A DNA stretch of 64,000 bases. Origin: Pirellulaceae bacterium. Its GTDB lineage: Bacteria; Planctomycetota; Planctomycetia; Pirellulales; Pirellulaceae. The stretch spans positions 74,432 through 138,431 of the forward strand of contig CAVTIV010000022.1 of assembly GCA_963734865.1 (NCBI GenBank), read 5' to 3'. Below the pieces are notes generated by a model, which saw only the letters and a list, made by a program, of their open reading frames with translations, was not told the DNA's origin and ran no database searches. Each line of letters opens with the position of its first letter. Position 1 is the first letter of the stretch. The position numbers and the translations under genes are program-made. Below, piece by piece: positions 28,248 to 37,847 of this stretch.

Positions 28248-28951
28248 ACTTTTCCGACGGTCTTCAGCCGGACCAGACGCTGGGCGGCACTGGCGAGGTG
28301 GTGCTGCGTCTGACGGGAACCAACAGTATCGCCCAGCGATTCGTGCGTGTACGCTCCACCGTGGGCAGCCTAACGATCGGTGAGAATGTCACAGTCCGCA
28401 GCGCAGATGATTCACAATATGTCACGCTAGGTGGCGTGCAACCGCTGATCATCGAGGGAACAGTATCGTCCCAGTCGACCGCGTCGTCATTGAACACGTT
28501 GCTGGTGACCGGTTCCACGGTGACCAACGAAGGTACGCTGCAGAGTCTGGCAGGCGAACTGCATGTGAACAACCTGACGTTGAATTTGGGCCAGACGTTG
28601 ATCGACGGTGGCGATTTAGTAGTCGACGGTACGTACAGCGTTGACCAGCCAGTCTCCATCAACGGCGGCCTGGACCTGGACGGCAGTTACACGATCGATC
28701 AACCGGTTTCGCTGCTCAGCGGAAGTCTGACGTTCAGTGGTGATTGGGACAACGAGAGTACGATTGACCAGAGTGGTGGTACGATTCATTTGGGTGATAC
28801 GTTCACGGTCGCCGACTTGGGATCATTCACGGGCAGTTCCGGAACCGTGAATATTTTTGGCACGCTGGAGGATGATGGGATAGGCCTGGACGACATCTTG
28901 TCGATTAACGCGCGGACCTGGCAGCTCAGTGGCGGCACAATCGGCGGATGA
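28244..28951 (+). CDS. Giant-gene fragment: R3 unit 1
   Basis: NFSDGLQPDQTLGGTGEVVLRL...VRVRSTVGSLTIGENVTVRSADDSQYVTLGG... Confidence 0.65.
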   Translation: MNFSDGLQPDQTLGGTGEVVLRLTGTNSIAQRFVRVRSTVGSLTIGENVTVRSADDSQYVTLGGVQPLIIEGTVSSQSTASSLNTLLVTGSTVTNEGTLQSLAGELHVNNLTLNLGQTLIDGGDLVVDGTYSVDQPVSINGGLDLDGSYTIDQPVSLLSGSLTFSGDWDNESTIDQSGGTIHLGDTFTVADLGSFTGSSGTVNIFGTLEDDGIGLDDILSINARTWQLSGGTIGG

Positions 28952-29880
28952 CGATCGATGATGCGGGACTTGACGGCGTCTTTCAGAGTCACCAGCGCTG
29001 ACGGGACATTGGATGGCGTGACGTTGGCCGCGGATACCGAGCTTGAAGAAGGTGCCCAGGTCACGGTACTAAAAGATTTGATACTCGATGGCGCCACACG
29101 GTAACGCTCGGAGCGGTCGACCGGCAGCGCCAGCGCTCGTTCGATACGGGCTTGAACTTTTCCGACGGTCTCCAGCCGGACCAGACGCTGGGCGGCACTG
29201 GCGAGGTGGTGCTGCGTCTGACGGGAACCAACAGTATCGCCCAGCGATTCGTGCGTGTACGCTCCACCTGGGCGGCCTAAGGATCGGTGAGAATGTCACA
29301 GTCCGCAGCGCAGATGATTCACAATATGTCACGCTCGGTGGCGTGCAACCGCTGATCATCGAGGGAACAGTATCGTCCCAGTCGACCGCGTCGTCATTGA
29401 ACACGTTGCTGGTGACCGGTTCCACGGTGACCAACGAAGGTACGCTGCAGAGTCTGGCAGGCGAACTGCATGTGAACGACCTGACGTTGAATTTGGGCCA
29501 GACGTTGATCGACGGTGGCGATTCCGTAGTCAACGGTACGTACAGCGTTGACCAGCCAGTGTCCATCAACGGCGGCCGGACCTGGACGGCAGTTACACGA
29601 TGGATCAACCGGTTTCGCTGCTCAGCGGAAGTCTGACGTTCAGTGGTGATTGGGATAACGAGAGTACGATCGACCAGAGCGGTGGGACGATTCATCTAGG
29701 TGATACGTTTACTGTCGCCGACTTGGGTACGTTCACGGGCGACACTGGAACTGTGAATATTTTTGGCGATTTGGACGATCCGGGACAGACGCTGACGATT
29801 GACGCGCGGACCTGGCAGCTCGATAGCAAGCGGATCATCGGGTTGACGCTCGCCGATGGCGGCGCCGGTGGATCGTCCAG

Positions 29881-31608
29881 GTGACCAGCAACGATGGGAC
29901 GTTGGATGGCGTGACGTTGGCGGTGGATTCAACGCTTCAACAAGGCGCCCAGGTAACGGTGCTGAAGGATTTGATTCTCGATAACGCCACGCTGACGCTG
30001 CAGCGGCTCACCACCAGCAGTAACGTCGAGTTCGACACGGGTCTGAACTTTTCCGACGTAGACCAGCCCAACCAGACACTCGGCGGCAGTGGCGAAGTGG
30101 TGTTGCAGCAGTCAGGCGACGGCAATGTTCCCTCGCGCCTGTTGCGCGTGCATTCCACCGTCGGCAGCTTAACGATTGGTGAAAACGTCACGGTCCGCAG
30201 TACGAGCGATTCACGATTCGTCACGCTAGGGGGCGTGTTTCCGTTGATCATCGAGGGGACGGTCTCGTCCCAAGCGACTTCGTCGCCCCCCACGTTGTTG
30301 GTGACCGGTTCCACGGTCACCAACAATGGCACACTGGAGAGCCGGACGGGCACGTTGGACGTCGATAACCTGATCGGGAACCTAGGCCAGACGTCGATCA
30401 ACGGCGGTGATTTGTTGGTCAGCGGCAGCTTCAGTGTTGATCAGCCGGTAACCATCAACGGCGGCCTGGACCTGGACGGCAGCTACACGATCGATCAACC
30501 GGTTTCGCTGCTCAGCGGAAGACTGACGTTGAGTGGCGACTGGGACAACGAGAGTACGATTGACCAAGGCGCTGGGACGATCAACTTGGGCGGTGTGTTT
30601 ACGGTGGATGATCTTGGTGCCACGGTCCCGACGAACTTTACCGGCAGCGGCGGGACCGTCAACATCATCGGTACGCTCAGTGCCGGTGTGAATTCGGTGC
30701 TGTTGATCAATTCCGAGCGGACCTGGCAACTCAATGGCGGCACGATCCAGGATGTCACGATCGATGACGACAACAACGGCGGTGCGCCCGCGACGCTGCA
30801 GGTGACCAGCAATGACGGCGCGCTCGACGGAGTAATACTGGGGGTCGATACGACGATGGTGACCGGTGCAGTTGTCACGGTCACCAATGATTTGATCCTT
30901 GACGATGTAACGCTGCGGCTTAGCCGGGCGGGCAACATCAATACGCCGGATGATATCGATCTGCGATTCTCGGGCGGAAGTCAAACGCTGGGTGGGGTCG
31001 GCGTCGTCGAATTATTGAACAGCTTTGGCGTAAATGCATTGGAACGATATCTTCGCATACGGCCAGCCGACGGTGCGGACCTTTTGATTGACTCGGGAAT
31101 CACCGTTCAAAATGATCCGAGTTCGGTATTTTACAACATTGGGGGATCCCAGCCTGCCGATCACGATTGCCGGAACTGTGATCGCCCAGAGGGGCAAGCG
31201 AGCAACAACTCCCTGCGTGTGACCGGTTCAAGTGTGACCAACAACGGGTTGTTGGAGAGTCTGACGGGCACGTTGGACGTCGATAACCTGATCGGGAACC
31301 TAGGCCAGACGTTGATCGACGGTGGTGATTTGTTGGTCAGCGGCAGCTTCAGTGTTGATCAGCCGGTGACCATCAACGGCGGCCTGGACCTGGACGGCAG
31401 CTACACGATCGATCAGCCCGTTTCGCTGCTCAGCGGAAGACTGACGTTGAGTGGCGACTGGGACAACGAGAGAACCATCGACCAAGACGCTGGGACGATC
31501 AACTGGGGCGGTGGTTTACGGTGGATGATCTTGGTGCCAAGGTCCCGACGAACTTTACCGGCAGCGGCGGGACCATCAACATCATCGGTACGCTCAGTGC
31601 CGGTGTGA
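29881..31608 (+). CDS. Giant-gene fragment: R3 units 3-4
   Basis: 575 aa. Two units, each with VTSNDG(T/A)LDGV...LNFSD/RFSGG...TIDQ.AGTINLGG. Confidence 0.7.
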   Translation: MTSNDGTLDGVTLAVDSTLQQGAQVTVLKDLILDNATLTLQRLTTSSNVEFDTGLNFSDVDQPNQTLGGSGEVVLQQSGDGNVPSRLLRVHSTVGSLTIGENVTVRSTSDSRFVTLGGVFPLIIEGTVSSQATSSPPTLLVTGSTVTNNGTLESRTGTLDVDNLIGNLGQTSINGGDLLVSGSFSVDQPVTINGGLDLDGSYTIDQPVSLLSGRLTLSGDWDNESTIDQGAGTINLGGVFTVDDLGATVPTNFTGSGGTVNIIGTLSAGVNSVLLINSERTWQLNGGTIQDVTIDDDNNGGAPATLQVTSNDGALDGVILGVDTTMVTGAVVTVTNDLILDDVTLRLSRAGNINTPDDIDLRFSGGSQTLGGVGVVELLNSFGVNALERYLRIRPADGADLLIDSGITVQNDPSSVFYNIGGSQPADHDCRNCDRPEGQASNNSLRVTGSSVTNNGLLESLTGTLDVDNLIGNLGQTLIDGGDLLVSGSFSVDQPVTINGGLDLDGSYTIDQPVSLLSGRLTLSGDWDNERTIDQDAGTINWGGGLRWMILVPRSRRTLPAAAGPSTSSVRSVPV

Positions 31609-31929
31609 ATTCGGTGCTGCTGATCAATTCCGAGCGACCTGGCAGCTGGACGGTGGAACGATCCAGGGGGTCACAATCAATGACGACAACAACGGCGGTG
31701 CGGTTGCGACGCTCCAGGTGACCAGCAATGACGGCGCGCTTGACGGTGTAATACTGGGGGTCGATACGACGATGGTGACCGGTGCAGTTGTCACGGTCAC
31801 CAATGATTTGATCCTTGACGATGTAACGCTACGGCTTAGCCGGGCGGGCGACATCAATACGCCGGATGATATCGATCTGCGATTCTCGGGCGGAAGTAAA
31901 CGCTGGGTGGGGTTGGCGTCGTTGAATGA

Positions 31930-33441
31930 TTGAACAGCTTTGGCGTAAATGCATTGGAACGATATCTTCGCGTCCGGCCAGCCGATGGTGCGGACCTTTT
32001 GATTGACTCGGGAATCACCGTTCAAAATGATCCGAGTTCGTATTTTACAACATTGGGGGATCCCAGCCTGCCGATCACGATTGCCGGAACTGTGATCGCA
32101 CAGAGCGGGCAAGCGAGCAACAACTCCCTGCGTGTGACCGGTTCAAGTGTGACCAACAATGGTGCGTTGCAAGTCGATTCTGCAGTCTTGGATATCGACA
32201 ACCTGTCCGGAAACCTGGGAACGGCCTTGATCAATGGCGGAAGTCTCGATCTTGACGGCAACTACGTTTTGGATAAACCCGTTAGCGTTCCCGACGGTAG
32301 TCTCTCGCTCCGCGGCCAGTGGTCCAACGATAGCGTGATTGATCAAGCAGCGGGACAGATCAATTTGTACGACAGTTTCACCGTCGCTGATCTAGGTACA
32401 TTCACCGGTACCGGTGGTACGGTGTCGATCGTCGGAACATTGGACGACGTGGGTGCAACACTGCCGATCGATTCCGAGCGCACGTGGCAGGTTGCCGGGG
32501 GCGTGATTCGGGGCGCTCAGATTGTGGACGATGGTGACGGTGACGCGGCCGGGACTCTTCAATTGACCAGCGCCGATGGCACGTTGGACGGCGTTATTCT
32601 AAGTGTCGATACAACGTTGCAGAGCGGAGCGGTCGTTACGGTCCTCAATGACCTGACGCTCGATCAAACCACGCTACACTTGAATCGTGACGGCGGCAGC
32701 AATACGCCGGATGATATCCAGCTTAACTTTGACGGAGGTAGCCAAACGCTTGGTGGCGTCGGAACAGTTGAGTTGTTCAACGGCTTCGGAGTTTTCTCGC
32801 TTGAACGCTACGTCCGCTTGCGCCCGACCAACGGTGGCCAGCTTACGATTGGACCTCAGGTCATCGTGCAGAATGATCCCTTATCGCATTTCACCACCAT
32901 AGGCGATTCCACGCTTCCGCTGGTGGTCGCGGGTACCATCATTTCCCAAAGTACACAGGCCAGCAACAGCGACGTGCGGTTGATCGGGTCTTCGATCACC
33001 AACAGCGGAACGCTGCGGTCGACAGACGGCCTGCTCGATCTGGCGACCACTCCATCGAACTTTTCAGCCGGCATGCTGACGGGAGGACGTTGGGAAGCCA
33101 GCGGCGGCGGCGATGTCCGACTGCCTGCTGGAAACGTTATCGACACCGTTGCTTCGGCAATCGTCCTCGATGGCGCGGGATCGTTCCTCGAAGCGGGAGC
33201 GGGCGTTGATGCGATCGAGACGATCACGTCGATCGCGCCCGCTGGTGATCTGACGATTCAAAATGGTCACGACTTTACCACTGTTGGCGCCTTTACCAAC
33301 GACGGTGCATTGACGGTCGGCGGTGGGACATCGTTTATCGTACCGGCCGGTGACAGCTTTGTCAGCAGTGGTGTGACGATCGTCAATGGCAGATTTGACC
33401 AGCGATACGATCACCGTCGTAAGTGGCCGGCTTGGTGGTAG
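31930..33441 (+). CDS. Giant-gene fragment: R3 units 5-6 plus the start of terminal block C
   Basis: 503 aa. The frame is lost at an extra A (33393) relative to the near-identical copy at 26221-26227. Confidence 0.7.
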   Translation: MNSFGVNALERYLRVRPADGADLLIDSGITVQNDPSSYFTTLGDPSLPITIAGTVIAQSGQASNNSLRVTGSSVTNNGALQVDSAVLDIDNLSGNLGTALINGGSLDLDGNYVLDKPVSVPDGSLSLRGQWSNDSVIDQAAGQINLYDSFTVADLGTFTGTGGTVSIVGTLDDVGATLPIDSERTWQVAGGVIRGAQIVDDGDGDAAGTLQLTSADGTLDGVILSVDTTLQSGAVVTVLNDLTLDQTTLHLNRDGGSNTPDDIQLNFDGGSQTLGGVGTVELFNGFGVFSLERYVRLRPTNGGQLTIGPQVIVQNDPLSHFTTIGDSTLPLVVAGTIISQSTQASNSDVRLIGSSITNSGTLRSTDGLLDLATTPSNFSAGMLTGGRWEASGGGDVRLPAGNVIDTVASAIVLDGAGSFLEAGAGVDAIETITSIAPAGDLTIQNGHDFTTVGAFTNDGALTVGGGTSFIVPAGDSFVSSGVTIVNGRFDQRYDHRRKWPAWW

Positions 33442-34777
33442 CGGCACGATCACGGGACCGATCACGGCTCAGACAAGTGCGACCGTCGCTCCGGGCAACA
33501 GCCCCGGAATTCTGAACGTCAACAATTTTAATTTGCAATCTGGAGCGACGCTGCTGATCGATACCGGCGGCACCGTCGCGGGCACGGACTATGACCAGTT
33601 GAACGTGACCGGCACCGTGACGCTCGCCGGCGATCTGGACATCGACGTTTTCAAAAGCATCGTCAAGGGCACGCAGTTCACGATCATCAATAACGACGGC
33701 GCCGACGCGATCGGTGGCACGTTTAATGGAATTGTTGAGGGTGCAACCGTCGACTTTGGTTACGACAAGTATACGATCACGTACGTCGGCGGTGATGGCA
33801 ACGACGTGGTTCTGACCGCGCTGACGGACGTGCGAGCGGTGACTAACACGACTGACGCGGGCGCCGGCAGTTTGCGATTCGAGTTGAATGCGGCCCTCGG
33901 CATTGCCGGTCCTGTGCCGGTGATCTTCCGCATTGGTGGGGCCGGCCCGTTTACGATCACGCCTGGCTCGGCGTTACCCGCCGTGACAGATCCGACCTTC
34001 ATCGACGCGACGACGCAAGAGACCTTCGCCGGAACACCGCTGGTCGAGGTCAGCGGAGTTGCCGCGGGCAACGTCGATGGTTTCCGCTTTGAAGCGGGCA
34101 GCGCGGGCAGCCTGCTGCGGGGCTTGGCGATCAACGGCTTCCAGCAAGATGGCGTTCAGGTCATCCAGACGACCGATATTTCGATTGTCGGCAATTACAT
34201 CGGCACCGATGTGACCGGCGCGATCGATGCCGGCAACAACGCCGACGGCATCGATCTCTATGACAGCCAGAACACCATCATCGGCGGACCCAATCCGGAA
34301 GATCGAAACGTCATCAGCGGCAACGACGGCTCCGGTGTTAACCTTCGCTTTCAGACATCCGGCACGATTCTCGAGGGCAACTACATCGGGATCAATGCGG
34401 CCGGTACGGGCGATTTGGGCAACACGAACGCCGGTGTTTTGATCGAAGCGTTCGGCAGTGCGTCCGAGGCGGCTCATGACAATCTGGTCGGTGTGATCGG
34501 CGGCGCCCCCAACGTGATTTCTGGAAATGACCAGCAAGGTGTTGTGATTCGAGACGCCGGGACAACGGGCAACGTTGTCCAAAACAACTATATCGGGCTC
34601 AATGCCGCAGGCTCGGCGTTGATTCAAAACTCGCGTGAAGGCGTCCTGATCTACAGCGGCGCCGATGGTAACGCGGTCGGCGTGGCTGGTGCGGGCAATG
34701 TGATTTGCAGGCACGATCAGCCCGCGAGCCGCCATATCCATCGACACGACCAAGTAATACCGTCCAAGGGAATTTAA
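33386..34777 (+). CDS. Giant-gene fragment: terminal block C joined to the start of the parallel-beta-helix region
   Basis: APGNSPGILNVNNFNLQSGATLLIDTGG...DYDQLNVTGTVTLAG...ITYVGGDGNDVVLTALTDVRAVTNTTDAGAGSLRFELNAAL..., then NVISGNDGSGVNL-type turns. Confidence 0.75.
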   Translation: MADLTSDTITVVSGRLGGSGTITGPITAQTSATVAPGNSPGILNVNNFNLQSGATLLIDTGGTVAGTDYDQLNVTGTVTLAGDLDIDVFKSIVKGTQFTIINNDGADAIGGTFNGIVEGATVDFGYDKYTITYVGGDGNDVVLTALTDVRAVTNTTDAGAGSLRFELNAALGIAGPVPVIFRIGGAGPFTITPGSALPAVTDPTFIDATTQETFAGTPLVEVSGVAAGNVDGFRFEAGSAGSLLRGLAINGFQQDGVQVIQTTDISIVGNYIGTDVTGAIDAGNNADGIDLYDSQNTIIGGPNPEDRNVISGNDGSGVNLRFQTSGTILEGNYIGINAAGTGDLGNTNAGVLIEAFGSASEAAHDNLVGVIGGAPNVISGNDQQGVVIRDAGTTGNVVQNNYIGLNAAGSALIQNSREGVLIYSGADGNAVGVAGAGNVICRHDQPASRHIHRHDQVIPSKGI

Positions 34778-35943
34778 TTGGCACTGACGCGACCGGTGCG
34801 ATCACTCTGGGCGGACATCAAGGTATCAAGCTCTCCGCCTCCGGGAACACCATCGGCGGAAAGAATTTTGGGGATGGCAACACGATCCGCGGCATGACGA
34901 CCGAAGGAATCGACGGTGTCAGTGGGAACACTTTCCTGGGCAACTCGATTTTCGGCAGCGGGGCGCTCGGCATTGACAATGACCCGGACGGAGTGACTGT
35001 GACGAATCTGCCGGTCATCGATCTTGCGGTCTCGGGTGTTAGCAGGACCCGTGTCGGCGGCACGATCAGCGCCGTCGCAAACAGTACTTATCGGATCGAA
35101 GTCTTCAGCAGTTCGGCAGCGAACGGTTCAGGCTTCGGCGAAGGCGAGACATTTCTTGGCTTTGCAAATGCGACGACCGACGCGACGGGGTTCGCGAGAT
35201 TCAATTTTTCGACCTCGACGTTGGTGTCAGTCGGCGACGCGATCTCGGCGACTGCCACGCTGGAGGGTGTCGGCACGAGCGAGTTCGCGCAAAGTGTCGC
35301 GGCACGCTCTTCGTTGGTCGTGACCACGACGCTCGACGCGGGGGGCGGTTCACTGCGAGAAGCGATCGCCGATGCGAACCTGGCCGGCGGCGGCGATGTG
35401 ATCGAGTTCGATATCAGCGGTGCCGGTCCGCACACAATCACACTGGCCACCGAATATCCCGACATTACCGATCTGACGGTGATTGACGGACGTAGCGAGC
35501 CGAATTTCGTCGCCTCGCCAGTCATCGAGTTGGCAGGCGGCGGCGCACTTGGAACGGGGCTTGATTTTCAGCCCGGCTCGGACGGCTCCGAAGTCCTTGG
35601 CCTGTCGATCACCGGATTCACGATACGAGGCATTTTCGTGGGAGCTGCGGATATGGCGATCCGGGGCAACTACATCGGACTGGCCACCGACGGAACGACC
35701 AGGTCCGCCAATGACTGGGGGATTCAGATTCTTAACGCGCCCCGAACAGTCATCGGCGGTACGGCTCAAGAAGACCGCAACGTGATCTCCGGGAACGATA
35801 GTGAGGGTGTTCGGGTTAGCGGAGTCGCGACGGTAGGGACTCAGGTGATTGGCAATTACATTGGCACGACCGCGGGGGGCGATGTCGCGTTGGCGAACTT
35901 CCGCGAAGGGGTCAACATTCTCTCGGCGCCGACACGCAGGTGA
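34705..35943 (+). CDS. Giant-gene fragment: beta-helix region
   Basis: 412 aa. NLIGTDATGAITLGG..., DRNVISGNDSEGVRVSG... Confidence 0.65.
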   Translation: MQARSAREPPYPSTRPSNTVQGNLIGTDATGAITLGGHQGIKLSASGNTIGGKNFGDGNTIRGMTTEGIDGVSGNTFLGNSIFGSGALGIDNDPDGVTVTNLPVIDLAVSGVSRTRVGGTISAVANSTYRIEVFSSSAANGSGFGEGETFLGFANATTDATGFARFNFSTSTLVSVGDAISATATLEGVGTSEFAQSVAARSSLVVTTTLDAGGGSLREAIADANLAGGGDVIEFDISGAGPHTITLATEYPDITDLTVIDGRSEPNFVASPVIELAGGGALGTGLDFQPGSDGSEVLGLSITGFTIRGIFVGAADMAIRGNYIGLATDGTTRSANDWGIQILNAPRTVIGGTAQEDRNVISGNDSEGVRVSGVATVGTQVIGNYIGTTAGGDVALANFREGVNILSAPTRR

Positions 35944-37847
35944 TCAACAATGTGATCTCCGGTAATTTTCAATCCGGCGTGCAAGTGTTGGCGGCGACAG
36001 CGACGGGTACAGTCGTCCAGGGCAACTTGATCGGCACCGATTTCACGGGGATGGCAGCAATTCCCAACTCGGGCAGCGGCGTGGAGATCGGCTCCAGTGC
36101 CAGCAATACGCTCGTTGGAACCAATGCCGATGGCGTCAATGATGTTGCCGAGCGGAACGTGATTTCGGCCAATGGGTTTTACGGCGTCGAAATCAATGGC
36201 CCGGCCGAGCAGAACGTCGTCGCAGGCAACTTCCTGGGGACCAACGTGCTGGGAACAAGCGCGCTTGGCAACGACTTTGGTGTGTGGATCTTCGATGCCC
36301 CAAACAACATCATTGGCGGAAGCACGGCCGCAGCGAGAAACGTGATCTCGGGCAATCATCGGGAAGGTATTCGCATCAGCTTATCCAATGCGACGAACAA
36401 CAAGATATTTGGGAATTACATTGGCTTGGATTCGTCAGGTACCTCTGCAATACCGAACTTGAGTCGAGGCGTCTTGATCCGACCAGGCGTGGCGGGCAAC
36501 TTCCTCGGTACCGATGGCGACGGTGTCGATGATGCCTTGGAAGGCAACGTGATCGCCGGACAATTGATGGACATTGAGATCGACGCGACTGCCGGCGCAA
36601 ACGTCATTGCGGGCAACCTGGTCGGCACCGACGCCACAGGTCTCGTTTCGCTCAGCGGCAGCGGTGAACGGGTATTTATCGGATCACCGAGCAACCGCAT
36701 TGGTACCAATGCCGACGGGATTTCGGATGCTGAAGAACGGAATGTTTTTGCGGGCGGGGTTCAAATCGCTGGCGACCTGTCAACGTTTGCCGGCAACTTG
36801 GTGGGCATCGGGCCCGACGAATCGACGCTGGTCGGTACGCCCGACCTGATCGTCACGGGCACGTCTCCAACGATCGGTGGTCAAGCGACGGCACAACGCA
36901 ACTACTTTGCCAACACCGTTGATTTTCAGGGTGCCTTTTTCGGCACTTTCCAGAATAACTACGTCGGCGTCTTGCCTGATGGCGTGACAGCCAACGTCAG
37001 TAGTCAGCTTCGGCTAAGCGCCGGTGCACAATCCAATGTTATCGGCGGGGTCCAGGCCAATGCGGGGAATCTGATCGCTCGAGTGCTAATCACTGATGCT
37101 GGTACAGCATCCAACGTGATTGACGGAAATCTTATCGGCGCCAACGCCGACGGCAGCGACGGTCTTGGAACTAACGCAAATGTCGTGTTGATTGAAAATG
37201 GCGCATCGTTCAACACGATTGGGACGCCATCCAGGGGTAACGTCATCTCATCGGTCAACTCGGCGTCGATCGTCGGAGCCGACATGCACGGCCTGGTGAT
37301 TCGTGGCACGGGTACGGATGACAATCAGGTTCAACACAACCGCATCGGCTTGAACGAACATGGTGACGTTGTGATCGGAAACAATATCGGCATCTGGATC
37401 AGCGACGGCGCGGCCCGCACGATCATCGGCGGCCCCGCGGCGGGCGAAGGCAACGTGATCTCGGGCAATGTACTTGGTGTACGAGTCGACGGAGCGGTCG
37501 ACACCGAAGTCCGCGGTAACCTGATCGGCACCGATATCGACGGCGAGCTCGACTTGGGTAACCGTGGACAGGGCGTCTTGGACACCGGCGGCAGCAGTGG
37601 CACAATCATCAGCGGGAACGTTGTTTCAGGAAACGACGGCGGCGGCATTCAGCTTGGTGACGGGTCGGCGGCTGGTTCGGCGTCGGACGCAACCATTATC
37701 GGCAACATGATCGGTACGGACATCGACGGAACGACGGCCACTGGAAATGCGGGCTTTGGAATCAAGATTGCGGGAGCATCCAGCATCACGGTTGGGGGCG
37801 CCGCGAAACGTGATCTCTGGGAACGCGGGACCGGGGGTCATTGTTGA
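35940..37847 (+). CDS. Giant-gene fragment: beta-helix region
   Basis: 635 aa. NNVISGNFQSGVQV..., ERNVISANGFYGVEI..., ARNVISGNHREGIRI..., GNVISGNVLGVRV... Confidence 0.65.
   Translation: MINNVISGNFQSGVQVLAATATGTVVQGNLIGTDFTGMAAIPNSGSGVEIGSSASNTLVGTNADGVNDVAERNVISANGFYGVEINGPAEQNVVAGNFLGTNVLGTSALGNDFGVWIFDAPNNIIGGSTAAARNVISGNHREGIRISLSNATNNKIFGNYIGLDSSGTSAIPNLSRGVLIRPGVAGNFLGTDGDGVDDALEGNVIAGQLMDIEIDATAGANVIAGNLVGTDATGLVSLSGSGERVFIGSPSNRIGTNADGISDAEERNVFAGGVQIAGDLSTFAGNLVGIGPDESTLVGTPDLIVTGTSPTIGGQATAQRNYFANTVDFQGAFFGTFQNNYVGVLPDGVTANVSSQLRLSAGAQSNVIGGVQANAGNLIARVLITDAGTASNVIDGNLIGANADGSDGLGTNANVVLIENGASFNTIGTPSRGNVISSVNSASIVGADMHGLVIRGTGTDDNQVQHNRIGLNEHGDVVIGNNIGIWISDGAARTIIGGPAAGEGNVISGNVLGVRVDGAVDTEVRGNLIGTDIDGELDLGNRGQGVLDTGGSSGTIISGNVVSGNDGGGIQLGDGSAAGSASDATIIGNMIGTDIDGTTATGNAGFGIKIAGASSITVGGAAKRDLWERGTGGHC

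Larger units (their letters stand above)
28070..33020 (+). repeat. R3: about 850-920 bp tandem repeat, about 5.5 units
   Basis: Anchor ACCAG(T/C)...GA(C/T)GG at about 28085, 28991, 29884, 30805, 31721 and 32566. Confidence 0.85.
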
